Origin: Treponema sp.
GTDB taxonomy: Bacteria > Spirochaetota > Spirochaetia > Treponematales > Breznakiellaceae
Length of the DNA: 44,592 bases
NCBI GenBank assembly: GCA_009780285.1
Contig: WRAL01000001.1
Coordinates: 1-44,592, forward strand
Direction: 5' to 3'
A model generated the notes under the pieces. That model saw nothing but the letters and a program-made list of their open reading frames with translations. It did no database searches and was not told the origin of the DNA. The translations under genes and the position numbers were made by a program. Position 1 is the first letter of the stretch. Every line of letters starts with the position of its first letter. This document shows, piece after piece, positions 8,618-17,246 of the stretch.

Positions 8618-10342
8618 TTAGATTGCGACCGTGGCCGCCGATTCGTATACGTGGTTGAACGCCGTGATAAAAAAGAAGTTTCGCGGCGTCGTAAGATTGC
8701 GGTGAAAGGAAATCAGCGTGACGTCCCCGGCGGCCCTGGTTTCTATGTCCCACACGTTGTTTCCCTCGTCGTCCGGGACTATAAGCCCCGCGCCCTTCCA
8801 GTCGCGCGCGGCGTCGCGCAGGGTCTGCTCGTCCGAGTCCCCGCCGGGTTCCACGCCCGGAGTCCCCACGGCCATGCCGTACCTCATGCGCAGGTCGCGG
8901 TTCATGTACAGGTCCTCGCGCACCATCGAGCGCTCGGCAAGCTGAAGCTGCCTGCCCCTGTAGGTCGTCATGGCGCGCATCACCGCGAGCCGGCCGTCGT
9001 CGGTAAGCCCGCCGCAAAGAACGCCGCCCATGATAAGCTTTTCCATCTGCGCCCTCGTCAGCTTCGTCGCGAAGCCAAGGACGCCGACCGTCTTCCATGT
9101 CAGCGGCTCGTTTACGGCCATCGAGCATTCCATGCCAAGGAGCTTGCAGGCGAAGTACGACGCCGGCAGCTTTTCGGTCTCGCCGTCAAGCGGGGACTTC
9201 GCGATTATCCCCGGATGGCAGTACGACACGAGCGAGCTGTCCAGCGCCGCCGCCCGCTGGACGGCCTCGTCCACGGTTTCCCCAAGGGGGCCGCCGAGAA
9301 TCGCCGTCCGTTCCTTTCGGTTCTCGACGCTGCTCATGTTCGCGCAGTGGGCGCCTATAAGCGCGTGGACGGCGGCGTCGGTGGCGTGGGTCGAGATAAC
9401 CTGCACGTCCTCCGCCTCAAGCGCGGCCAGCGCCGCGCCCCAGTCGCCCATCGTGAAGCCGCCGGCGGAGGCCCCCTCGAAAAACGCCGGATCGTCGTCG
9501 TCGTCCGGCATCCTGTTCCCGGCGACTATCTCCACGTTGCCCCTTCCTATCCAGCCGCTGCTTTCAAGGGCCTCCACGAGCGCGCGGAAATCGCTTGCTA
9601 GCGTTACGTCGGCGCTTTTCGCGTTGGCGCCCTCGACCAGATCGAGATCGGCGGAAGGCGCCTCAGGATTGTCCAGCGCCTCGGCGGCGAATTCGCCCGT
9701 GTCGTTCAGCCTCGATGCCAGGGAGCCTATGTTCGGGAAGTCCTCGAAGGAAAAGGCCCGTGTTCCCTCCTCGGTCTCGACCGAAAGCCCGTCGCCTGAC
9801 ACGCTTATCCGGGCGAAGGGCGAATTGCCGGAATACCGAAGTCGCAGCGACTTCCTGCCTATCCCGTCCAGCGTCTCCCGCTCGCCGCCGCAGGCCAGCT
9901 CCAGTTTTTTCGTCCCCGGCCTCGACCCCGCGCAGAGCCTGCGCGAAAGGCCGTTGGCCGGAGACCCGTAGGCCGAGGTTTTAAGCCTCAGGACTTCCTC
10001 GTCGCCCGAAAACATGGCGCTTTTCGCCTGCGAGTTCCCGTTGACGACCATCGCCATAACCCTCTGCGGCCTGTAGTCCCGCGACGCGTCGAAGGCGTGG
10101 CTGACCGCCTCCAAAAGCTCGCCGCCCAAAAGCGTCTCCCGCGCCTCCCCGGCGCTCGTGAAGACGAACAGCTTGCGCGGCTCGCCGCCCCTTGCCCTGC
10201 CGAGTATCGCGCCGTTGTTGGCCGAAACCCCGCCCGTCGCGCCGCCCTTGGCCAGGCTGCGCGAGTACGGGCCCGGCAGGTAGTGCTCGCTGCGCTTTCC
10301 GGCGGTCTCGAATACCGCCGGCCCTATTCCCTTTCCGGACAT
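8618..10342 (-). CDS. Contractile tail sheath protein
   Basis: 574 aa; N-terminal LPGPYS, GRARGGEP; C-terminal NEPLTWK, RAMTTY, ERSMVRE sheath motifs. Confidence 0.88.
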   Translation of the reverse strand: MSGKGIGPAVFETAGKRSEHYLPGPYSRSLAKGGATGGVSANNGAILGRARGGEPRKLFVFTSAGEARETLLGGELLEAVSHAFDASRDYRPQRVMAMVVNGNSQAKSAMFSGDEEVLRLKTSAYGSPANGLSRRLCAGSRPGTKKLELACGGERETLDGIGRKSLRLRYSGNSPFARISVSGDGLSVETEEGTRAFSFEDFPNIGSLASRLNDTGEFAAEALDNPEAPSADLDLVEGANAKSADVTLASDFRALVEALESSGWIGRGNVEIVAGNRMPDDDDDPAFFEGASAGGFTMGDWGAALAALEAEDVQVISTHATDAAVHALIGAHCANMSSVENRKERTAILGGPLGETVDEAVQRAAALDSSLVSYCHPGIIAKSPLDGETEKLPASYFACKLLGMECSMAVNEPLTWKTVGVLGFATKLTRAQMEKLIMGGVLCGGLTDDGRLAVMRAMTTYRGRQLQLAERSMVREDLYMNRDLRMRYGMAVGTPGVEPGGDSDEQTLRDAARDWKGAGLIVPDDEGNNVWDIETRAAGDVTLISFHRNLTTPRNFFFITAFNHVYESAATVAI

Positions 10343-10361
10343 TCCCTATCCCTCCTCGTCC

Positions 10362-10742
10362 TTACCAGACTTGCCTTTTGCCGAGCGTCAGGTACTCCCC
10401 GTCCCACTCGGCGTAGGCCATGATTCTCTTCCCTCCAGTGGCCCGCAGAAGCTCCGCCGTCGGCCCGTTCCTTCCGGCCGCGCGCAGGTACTGCTCGACC
10501 GTCATTGGCCTTGCCTCCGCCGCGCGATCCGGCTTGGGAGAGTCCGGCTTGGGAGAGTCCGTCAAGCTCTGCCCATCGGACTTTCCCGCTCCGTCGTCAG
10601 TCTCCGCTCCGGCCTCCGGCGGCTTCATCGTCCCGTCCATCGCTCCCTCCTCTTCCTTCGATTCCTCCGGGGCCTTGCCCTCGGCCTCCGAAAAGTCCTG
10701 CCGCGACGCGGACTCCTGCCGCGCCTTCGATTCCTTTGACAT
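10362..10742 (-). CDS. Hypothetical virion-module protein, low-complexity N-terminus
   Basis: MSKESK...; 15-bp tandem repeat at 10528-10557 encodes DSPKP twice. Confidence 0.6.
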   Translation of the reverse strand: MSKESKARQESASRQDFSEAEGKAPEESKEEEGAMDGTMKPPEAGAETDDGAGKSDGQSLTDSPKPDSPKPDRAAEARPMTVEQYLRAAGRNGPTAELLRATGGKRIMAYAEWDGEYLTLGKRQVW

Positions 10743-11496
10743 GATTTGTCGCCTCCGCCTCAAAATATTTCGCGCCGGCGATCTCGGTGTCGATCGCCGC
10801 CTGCTCGATTGCGTATTCCGCGTCGAAAAAAATCCGCGCGCCGTGAAGGGGCGCGCCGAAGTCGGCGCAGAAGTTCCCCCCGCGCTGGCCCCCGACCGAG
10901 CCGTCGAAGATCGCCAGCGGGCTTTCCCCCTCCGCCAGTTCCTCGAAATGGCGCCGGTAATGCGCCGCCAGGGCCTCGCCCATGTGTCCCATCACGAACA
11001 GCCTGACGATCTCGTAAATCTCGTTTTTCAGCTGCGGGTTTTCGGCCCATATCTCTATCGAAATCCTGTCCCGCCTGCGGATAAGCCGGCTCGCCCCGTA
11101 AAGCCTGCCTTCCGCGCTGGCGGCCATCGCGGCGCGAAGGGAATCAAGCATCCCCGGCGCGATCATGTCGTAGCGCCGCTCTACGGGAGAGGGCGCGCCG
11201 TCCTTTCCGGGCGCGAGGTCTTCCGGCTCAAGCGCGAAGGCCGCGGCCTCCGAAAGGCCGGAAAGCTGATCCGGCTTGGAGTCCTCCTCGGTCGTTACCA
11301 CCACCACGGGAAAAAGGCTCCGCGCCTCGCTTTCCGGGCTTGCGCTAAGCATGAGCCTGGCGAAGGGATGCTCGCAGGTTACGGAGACGCTGAAGTTCCG
11401 GTACAGGCCGGGAACGTCGATGGCGATAAAATATTCCTTTAGCGCCCTGACGACCTCCTGCTCAAGGATCAGCCCTCGGTTAAGGAAGAAGATCAT
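10597..11496 (-). CDS. Probable tail terminator/completion protein
   Basis: Between neck and sheath genes; FPVVVV and ISIEIWAEN motifs. Confidence 0.55.
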   Translation of the reverse strand: MIFFLNRGLILEQEVVRALKEYFIAIDVPGLYRNFSVSVTCEHPFARLMLSASPESEARSLFPVVVVTTEEDSKPDQLSGLSEAAAFALEPEDLAPGKDGAPSPVERRYDMIAPGMLDSLRAAMAASAEGRLYGASRLIRRRDRISIEIWAENPQLKNEIYEIVRLFVMGHMGEALAAHYRRHFEELAEGESPLAIFDGSVGGQRGGNFCADFGAPLHGARIFFDAEYAIEQAAIDTEIAGAKYFEAEATNHVKGIEGAAGVRVAAGLFGGRGQGPGGIEGRGGSDGRDDEAAGGRSGD

Positions 11497-12335
11497 AGGC
11501 GCAGGTCCTCCATGATCCCGGCCTTGATGACGCCGGCGGCGGCGGCCTCGGTTTCAGATCGCAGGGCGCCGAGCACGTCGCGCGCCGGAACCGCCGGCCT
11601 TACCCAGCCCCGCGCTCCGGGCCTGGACGACACGACGCGGAAGGTGAAGTATCCGCCGGAGCGGTTTTTCCCGGCGGAGTCCGTCGATCTGACCATTCCG
11701 TCCATCATGGATTTTTCCCCGACGGTTCCGGCAAAATCGGCCCCGCTCAGCCTTCCAAAGCCTCTGTTGTACATCGCGCGCCCGACCCTTTTCCCCCGCG
11801 CGTTCGTCGCCCTTATCGGGGCCTTGTCCGCGTCGATGATTGTTCGCATCTTCGCCAGCTTTTTGGCGACGGCGTAGGCGCCTGCGGTCATCACGTTCTT
11901 GCCGAAGCCGACCCTTGGGCCGTTTTTCCCGCCCGGAGTGCCCCATCGGAAAGGCACGATAAGGTAGGGATAGCCGTCCGCCGAAACGCGCGACTTCGGG
12001 CCGAATGGATGCGTCTTTTTCATGTCCAGCTCCGGCTCGCCTTTTTCTATCCGCTCGGCGATCTCCGACCTCGTGAAAACCTCGCGCTCCAGCGGCCCCG
12101 TCCTGCGGTTCTTGATGCTGCCGGCGTATCCCTTGTTGGGGCCGGGAAGGGGCTTTACGCCGGCGAGCGGCGCTCCCAGGGCGAAGCCGCGCCAGGCGCC
12201 GTGAACGAGGCCCGCCGCCGCGTCCACCGCCTGGGAGGTCGCCGGAAACGCGCCGGCGCGCGCGCCCATTTCCCTTAACTGCGCCTGAAGCCTTTCGAGC
12301 GCGGCGCTTCCAAGGTCGGCCTTTATCCTTATCAC
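11493..12335 (-). CDS. Probable neck/head-tail joining protein
   Basis: GTG start after AAGGAG; YLIVPFRWGTP and YFTFRVVSS...GWVRP motifs. Confidence 0.6.
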   Translation of the reverse strand: MIRIKADLGSAALERLQAQLREMGARAGAFPATSQAVDAAAGLVHGAWRGFALGAPLAGVKPLPGPNKGYAGSIKNRRTGPLEREVFTRSEIAERIEKGEPELDMKKTHPFGPKSRVSADGYPYLIVPFRWGTPGGKNGPRVGFGKNVMTAGAYAVAKKLAKMRTIIDADKAPIRATNARGKRVGRAMYNRGFGRLSGADFAGTVGEKSMMDGMVRSTDSAGKNRSGGYFTFRVVSSRPGARGWVRPAVPARDVLGALRSETEAAAAGVIKAGIMEDLRL

Positions 12336-12358
12336 TCGCGCTCTCCTTCGCTTGCCGC

Positions 12359-12410
12359 AAAAAAAAACGGGCCGGGCTTTCCCTCCGAAAAGGAAAAGCC
12401 CGGCCCGTTC
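12359..12410 (-). terminator. Rho-independent terminator
   Basis: Minus strand AACGGGCCGGGCTTTTCC-TTTTCGGA-GGGAAAGCCCGGCCCGTT plus a long T run. Confidence 0.85.
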
Positions 12411-12482
12411 TCGCGACGCCGGCCCCTCGCGCGCTGGAGGCGCAAGGGTTTGATTGTCAGGACGGGAAAGCCCGCCTGCGGT

Positions 12483-12680
12483 CTATGGCAAAGATTGTAC
12501 GCCATCGACGGAATCCGCGCAAGCCCCTTTCCGCGCGATACAGGCCGTCGTGTTTCCCTCGGCGCCTGCCGAAAATAATACAGGCGCGTTCAGCCCCGCG
12601 TCGTTCATGAATCCGTCAACCGTCCGCATAAATTGGCATATCAGGCTCGTCCCGTCCTTTTTGTCGAACAGCGCGATCAT
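12483..12680 (-). CDS. Hypothetical protein
   Basis: 65 aa; ATGA-coupled to the upstream gene. Confidence 0.45.
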   Translation of the reverse strand: MIALFDKKDGTSLICQFMRTVDGFMNDAGLNAPVLFSAGAEGNTTACIARKGACADSVDGVQSLP

Positions 12681-12961
12681 TGGCTTTTCCCCTTGGCGAT
12701 GCGCTCCATGTCTTCCCGATAAAGAATCTCAAGCCGCGTCCAGAACCTGGCCGGCCTTCCCAGGGCGGCTTCAAGAGCGCGCGCGATCCCTTCGGTTATG
12801 GCGGCGCCACCTTCAAGGATCGCGCCGATTTTCTGCGCGCGCAGGCCGGAACGCTCCGCGAGTTCGCAAGCGGAAAGACCCGAGTCCTCCATCGCGCCGG
12901 CCAAAACCTCGCCGGGGGCGACGGCGTAATCGGGAAGGTACTCGTTCGCGCCGGCGCTCAT
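12677..12961 (-). CDS. higA: HigA-like XRE HTH protein (orphan antitoxin)
   Basis: NEYLPDYAVAPGEVL...ELAERSG...AITEGIARALE...FWTRLE; ATG 12961 coupled to upstream stop; no higB adjacent. Confidence 0.7.
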   Translation of the reverse strand: MSAGANEYLPDYAVAPGEVLAGAMEDSGLSACELAERSGLRAQKIGAILEGGAAITEGIARALEAALGRPARFWTRLEILYREDMERIAKGKSQ

Positions 12962-13320
12962 AACCCCATGAGCCGTCCCACTCTTTTCCAATCCACGAAC
13001 GGCCTTTGCGAAAGGGAGAGATCCATCAGCAGAGGGCACCCCAGCGCGGCGTCATCAATGTACAGGTTCGCATATACCTTCGGCGATCTAGTCCACTCCT
13101 TTTGTCCTGGATCTTCGTTCACCCCGTGCAGAGGTATCCCGTTTTCCCTAAACCAGCTCACCGCGTCCTCCAGCTCGGGGCCGCTGCGCATGGTGTTCAA
13201 GATAAGCTCGTCCCCCCTCTGCGCCAACGCCTTCAGCGCCGCCGTCGCGCCTATGTCCTTCCCAACGTTCGGGTATTCGTGGGTTACGCACGTTCCGTCA
13301 AAGTCCACCGCGATCTTCAT
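12958..13320 (-). CDS. HAD-superfamily hydrolase (BT0820-like)
   Basis: IAVDFDGT motif I, LILNTMR, K..ANLYIDD. Confidence 0.8.
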   Translation of the reverse strand: MKIAVDFDGTCVTHEYPNVGKDIGATAALKALAQRGDELILNTMRSGPELEDAVSWFRENGIPLHGVNEDPGQKEWTRSPKVYANLYIDDAALGCPLLMDLSLSQRPFVDWKRVGRLMGL

Positions 13321-13334
13321 CCTTGTCCTCCAAA

Positions 13335-15590
13335 TTATTTATGGCCAGCCCTCGGCGGCTCCCATTCCGCGTCGCCCGTCTTTTCCCTAAAGAGCGCCGT
13401 TATCCGCGCCGCGTAGCCCGGAGTCGCGTCGTCGGGGCTTCGCTCGCCCTTGGCCCGCCATTCCTCGCGCGCCTGCTCCACGGCCTCGTTCCATTTCTCG
13501 CCCCGGCCCTGCGCCGTCGCGACGAAGGCGTCGACGCGCTCGCCGCCCCAGCGCGTCCAGGTTCCCCGACAGTTGGGGTGCATCGTCCCCACGGGAATCC
13601 CCTGCTCGCGCGTCTTGCCCTCCCATATCGCTATTTTCGCATGGGGATCGCTTATCCGCTCGTCGGCCAGCGGCGCCTCGCTCCACAGCGCGATCTTCCC
13701 GTTCGCCGCCGCGCAATGCGGGCAGCAGCCGGGAAACTCCACGCGCATGAAGTACGTCTTTTCGCCGGGCCGCGCGTCGGCGGCGTCCTCCAAAATGCCG
13801 GCCAGGTTGGCCGCGTTGACGATCTCGGTGTCGGCTATGCGCTTCCAGTCGCGGTTAAGGCGGCCCATCGCGTTGAACAGGTCCTGCGACACCTGCGAGC
13901 GCGAGCGCCTTTGCAGAATCCCCTTCAAAACCGTGTCCTTAATCTCGTCGCGTATTTTGCGGTTGGAGCGGGTAACAAGGCTGGCCGCGTAGTCGCTGGC
14001 CGCCTGGTACGTGGCCTTCTCGCGCGCCGAAAGCGGCTTCCCCAGCGCGTCATCGAGCCGCCGAAAATCGGCCCGTATCCAGTCAAGGCTTTTTCCCCGG
14101 TACTTCATGTTTTCCAGGCGCAGCCGCCGTACCTCCTCGACCGTGCCGTATCTGGCAAGGCGGCGAAGGAGCCGCGCGATGGCGGCGGAATCCAGGTGGA
14201 CTCGCTTTCCCCAATCCTTCGTGCCCTCGTTCAGGAAGTCCTGTATGGACTCCACGAGCCTGTCGAAGTCGTCGTTTTCAAGCGGCGCTCCGGTCTCCGG
14301 GTTGTAGACGATCTTCCCCTTGTAGCGAAGAAGGGCGGAGCCGCCGGCCTTGCGCATCGCGGGATTCCATTTTGAGGGCGGGGGGCAAGCCCCCCTCGCT
14401 TCAGCCGCGCCGCGCGCGTCTTCCGCTACCCCCCATACGGGGCGCCGCCCCGTAACGCCCCGCCCGAGCTCGCGAGGCTCGTTCCCGCTCTTGCGCATGG
14501 TCTCCTCGGTCGCCGCCGGAAGGCCCAGCGCCTCGATGACCGCGGCGTAAGCCTTTTCCAAAAGCGCGCGGTACAGCCCGGCCCAATAGCCCGAAAGCTG
14601 GGCCAGCGCCGGATGCGCGTGAGGCTCGCCGGACGCGACGGGGCCTCCGTCCTTGCGAACGACCTCCACGGGAACGCGCAGATGCCCCGCGACGGCCCGT
14701 ATCGCCTTGGCCAGCTTGGCCTTGCGGTTGGCCAAGGATATGCCGGATATGGACAGATCCAGATCGAGGTACTCGCGTATTGACTTTGCGTACACGTGTG
14801 GTATACTTAGATCGTCGGGCGAAGGTGAAAACTCCTCGCCTGATGCCGCCCGGTAGGGAAGGGATTTGTGCAGGCTGGGGCTATATCGCTCCGGCACCGT
14901 CGGCAAAGGGTGGCTGCCACTGCAAATCGCCTTTTTTACCAAATCTTTTCCGATGATGGAAATATACAGGCACCCATCCCCCTTGTCCGCCAAAACCACG
15001 GATACTTTTTTCCTGTTGGCGGTCGATGCTGATATTTCGTGGTAGTTCCCCTTGTAACTAGGGTTCTTCCTTTGTCCGGTCTTTTTCCCCTGTTCGATGA
15101 TTGGAATTATGCACGGCATGAGCGAAACCCGCGCGATAATGTTTTTAAGTCCTCTCCACTTGCCTTGGGGGTAATCCAGATGGCCTTCCTTCGCGCCCAC
15201 GACCTTTTTCCCGCCCAGGGCCGGGCAATAAAGCCCTTCCGCTATTTTCGCCCTTAGCCTCGCGAACTCCGCCTCGGCGACCTGCCTGTAGTTCCCGCCG
15301 TCAACCCGCGCCCTAGCGACTCCGGAAATCACCGGCAGCTCCGCCTCCGTTTTGGGGGCGTTTCCCTTGCCGTCGTCCGGATACTCGTACTCCCAGCGTC
15401 CGTCCTTCCAAACCCTCGACAGATATTTGTGCGTTTTCGCCTTGGCGAGCCAGGGCGCCCGGACGCTCGGACGCAGACCCATGAGGCGCGAAAGCTCGAC
15501 TATGGCCCGCAGGAACTTGGCCCTGCGGTTCCCGTCCGTGATGTTCGTTATGGAAAGCTCTATGTCCTCCGCGAGCAAGGGCGAGCTCAT
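13335..15590 (-). CDS. MuF-like head morphogenesis protein with N-terminal polyvalent/BECR-like domain
   Basis: C-terminal RIADTE...CCPHC...MHPNCRG MuF motifs; follows portal; N-terminal HKYLSRVWKDGRWEYEY and a lower-GC domain. Confidence 0.75.
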   Translation of the reverse strand: MSSPLLAEDIELSITNITDGNRRAKFLRAIVELSRLMGLRPSVRAPWLAKAKTHKYLSRVWKDGRWEYEYPDDGKGNAPKTEAELPVISGVARARVDGGNYRQVAEAEFARLRAKIAEGLYCPALGGKKVVGAKEGHLDYPQGKWRGLKNIIARVSLMPCIIPIIEQGKKTGQRKNPSYKGNYHEISASTANRKKVSVVLADKGDGCLYISIIGKDLVKKAICSGSHPLPTVPERYSPSLHKSLPYRAASGEEFSPSPDDLSIPHVYAKSIREYLDLDLSISGISLANRKAKLAKAIRAVAGHLRVPVEVVRKDGGPVASGEPHAHPALAQLSGYWAGLYRALLEKAYAAVIEALGLPAATEETMRKSGNEPRELGRGVTGRRPVWGVAEDARGAAEARGACPPPSKWNPAMRKAGGSALLRYKGKIVYNPETGAPLENDDFDRLVESIQDFLNEGTKDWGKRVHLDSAAIARLLRRLARYGTVEEVRRLRLENMKYRGKSLDWIRADFRRLDDALGKPLSAREKATYQAASDYAASLVTRSNRKIRDEIKDTVLKGILQRRSRSQVSQDLFNAMGRLNRDWKRIADTEIVNAANLAGILEDAADARPGEKTYFMRVEFPGCCPHCAAANGKIALWSEAPLADERISDPHAKIAIWEGKTREQGIPVGTMHPNCRGTWTRWGGERVDAFVATAQGRGEKWNEAVEQAREEWRAKGERSPDDATPGYAARITALFREKTGDAEWEPPRAGHK
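14378..14464. repeat. GC-rich palindromic dispersed repeat, copy 1 (inside the MuF gene)
   Basis: Aligns with 36602-36690 (shared CAAGCCCCCCTCGCT and GCGCGCGTCTTCCGCTACCCCCC). Confidence 0.85.
14780..14807 (+). promoter_or_regulatory. Antisense sigma70-type promoter inside the MuF gene
   Basis: TTGACT-16 nt-TATACT with extended -10 (TGn). Confidence 0.6.
14812..14937 (+). ncRNA. Candidate structured antisense RNA
   Basis: Follows the promoter; hairpin then multi-branched stem GATTTG(T)GCAG/CTGCAAATC ending in T6. Confidence 0.45.
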
Positions 15591-17245
15591 ATCGCGATCC
15601 TTGTCGGCGCGGGCCTTCCGCCCAGCGACTTTTGAAGGCGGCCCTCCGAGTCCTCAAGGTCGTCCCAGCCCGAGCCTTCGCCGTCGTCGTCGTTATCCTC
15701 GTCGTTGTCCTCGTCGTCGTCGGGCGGGCCGCCGCCGCCCATTCCCTGCCCGGCCTGCCAGAGCTGGGCCGCCTGCGGGCTCATGGGCAAGTCCGCGGGG
15801 TTGGTTGTCTTCGTGAAGTCCAAAGGCTGGGCGCCCTTTTCCGCGCGCTTCTCGTTCAGCGTCTTCCAGCTGTCGATCTCCGCCTTGTCTATCTCGCTCA
15901 TCAGCTTCAGGTCGTCCTTCTCGTAGCCGACGAACTCGAAAACGTAGTCCGGATTCTTGAGGCGCAGTATGTCGTTAAGGTGCTTCCCCATGAAGGCCAG
16001 AAGGCAGCCCAGGCCAAGGCTCTTGCTGGCCTCAATCTTCGGCCTGTTGTCGCCGGCGAACAGCGGCTGGCTCTTGGAGGAGTGAAGGCCAAGCTCCTCC
16101 AGCGACTTTTGGAACAGCGCCGTTATCGCCGAAAGCAGAAGGTCGTACCATGCCTGGTACTGCATCTCCTGGTTGTTCCCCTGAAGCTGCACCCATTCCA
16201 GCATCTTTCCCCCGCCGCCCTCGCCGGGCGTCCTTCCGGAGGGGATTATCGGAATGCGCCATTGCCCGCTGGGATTCCCGCTCATGATCTCGACGATGTA
16301 GTCCTCTATGTCGTCCACCTCGTCCTGATCCGCCGGGCCGTTAAGCAGGAGCATCCCGCGCGGCAGCTTGTTCTCGGTGAAAAAGCCGGAATTGTACATG
16401 AAGGTGTTGATCGACGAGGTAACCAGGTCTATGGCCTGCTCCACCACCGAGTAGCCGTAGCCGGCCTTTTCGATGTCCGTTCGCGGGTTCATGCAGTCGA
16501 ATATAAGCTCGTCCCTGCCGTAGTAGGCGTAAGGGAGGCCGTTTATCACCTGCGCGTATCTTACGCCGGTCTCGCGCTCCACGCCGGGAAGCGCCGCCTC
16601 TATGGTGGCCGCGTCCACTGCCCAGAAGGCGCAAAGCTCGCCGCCGCGCGTCCGCTGCAGCTCGCAGGCTATCTGGTCGAGCTGGTACAGGTCGCGGATC
16701 GTCTTGGAGGCGTACTTGTCCAGATCGTCCGAGCGGCCCGGATCGTCGCAGTCCCCCGTGCGAAGGAAAAAATCCGCGAGGCGCTCGGCTTCCTTCTTTT
16801 CCGCCTCGCTCATGTCCCTGCCTTCCTTTACGGCCTTGCGGGCGCGTATGCGAAAGCCCCGCTCGCCGTCCTTGGCCGCCTCCCTGAAATAGGGCCGCGC
16901 CTGGCTTATCGAGGTCGATATGCAGAGGTTGATGATCCACGCCTTTTCCGCCACGCGCCTAAGAATTCGGTACGAGACCGCGCGCCCGCGCATGGGCGAG
17001 GCCGTGCCCACGCCGCCCGAGTAATAGTTGGTTTCCCCGGCCAGAGGCTCCGTGAAGAAGCTCTTGAGATCGTCGTTCGGCTTGCCGCCGGCCTGCCCGC
17101 CGAAATGCGCTCCCGCCGGCGCCGGCCCGCCTTTCCTCGCCCCCCTTCCGGCACGGGCGATCTCCCTGGCCGCCCGCCTTTTCAGCATGGCGTCAATGTC
17201 CGCGTCCTCGCCGCTTCTTAAATCAATCGTCTGTTTTCTTGCCAT
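15587..17245 (-). CDS. Portal protein
   Basis: 552 aa after terminase; GYGYSVVEQ, FFTENKLPRGML, TLNEKRAEKG motifs. Confidence 0.9.
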   Translation of the reverse strand: MARKQTIDLRSGEDADIDAMLKRRAAREIARAGRGARKGGPAPAGAHFGGQAGGKPNDDLKSFFTEPLAGETNYYSGGVGTASPMRGRAVSYRILRRVAEKAWIINLCISTSISQARPYFREAAKDGERGFRIRARKAVKEGRDMSEAEKKEAERLADFFLRTGDCDDPGRSDDLDKYASKTIRDLYQLDQIACELQRTRGGELCAFWAVDAATIEAALPGVERETGVRYAQVINGLPYAYYGRDELIFDCMNPRTDIEKAGYGYSVVEQAIDLVTSSINTFMYNSGFFTENKLPRGMLLLNGPADQDEVDDIEDYIVEIMSGNPSGQWRIPIIPSGRTPGEGGGGKMLEWVQLQGNNQEMQYQAWYDLLLSAITALFQKSLEELGLHSSKSQPLFAGDNRPKIEASKSLGLGCLLAFMGKHLNDILRLKNPDYVFEFVGYEKDDLKLMSEIDKAEIDSWKTLNEKRAEKGAQPLDFTKTTNPADLPMSPQAAQLWQAGQGMGGGGPPDDDEDNDEDNDDDGEGSGWDDLEDSEGRLQKSLGGRPAPTRIAI

Positions 17246-17246
17246 C

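Noticed and set aside
7659-9128. 489-aa minus-strand ORF
   Set aside because: Arg/Gly-rich alternative frame over the sheath, tube and chaperone genes
10528-10560. 15-bp tandem repeat as a regulatory site
   Set aside because: In-frame duplication (DSPKP) in a low-complexity linker
4169-12335. Stand-alone tailocin or contractile injection system
   Set aside because: Contiguous with terminase, portal, replication and immunity genes; no baseplate or effector genes seen
5129-17221. Long + strand ORFs (5129..6661, 8552..9601, 8970..9971, 10420..11442, 13323..14375, 15632..17221)
   Set aside because: Antisense shadows of well-supported minus-strand genes in GC-rich DNA; no motifs
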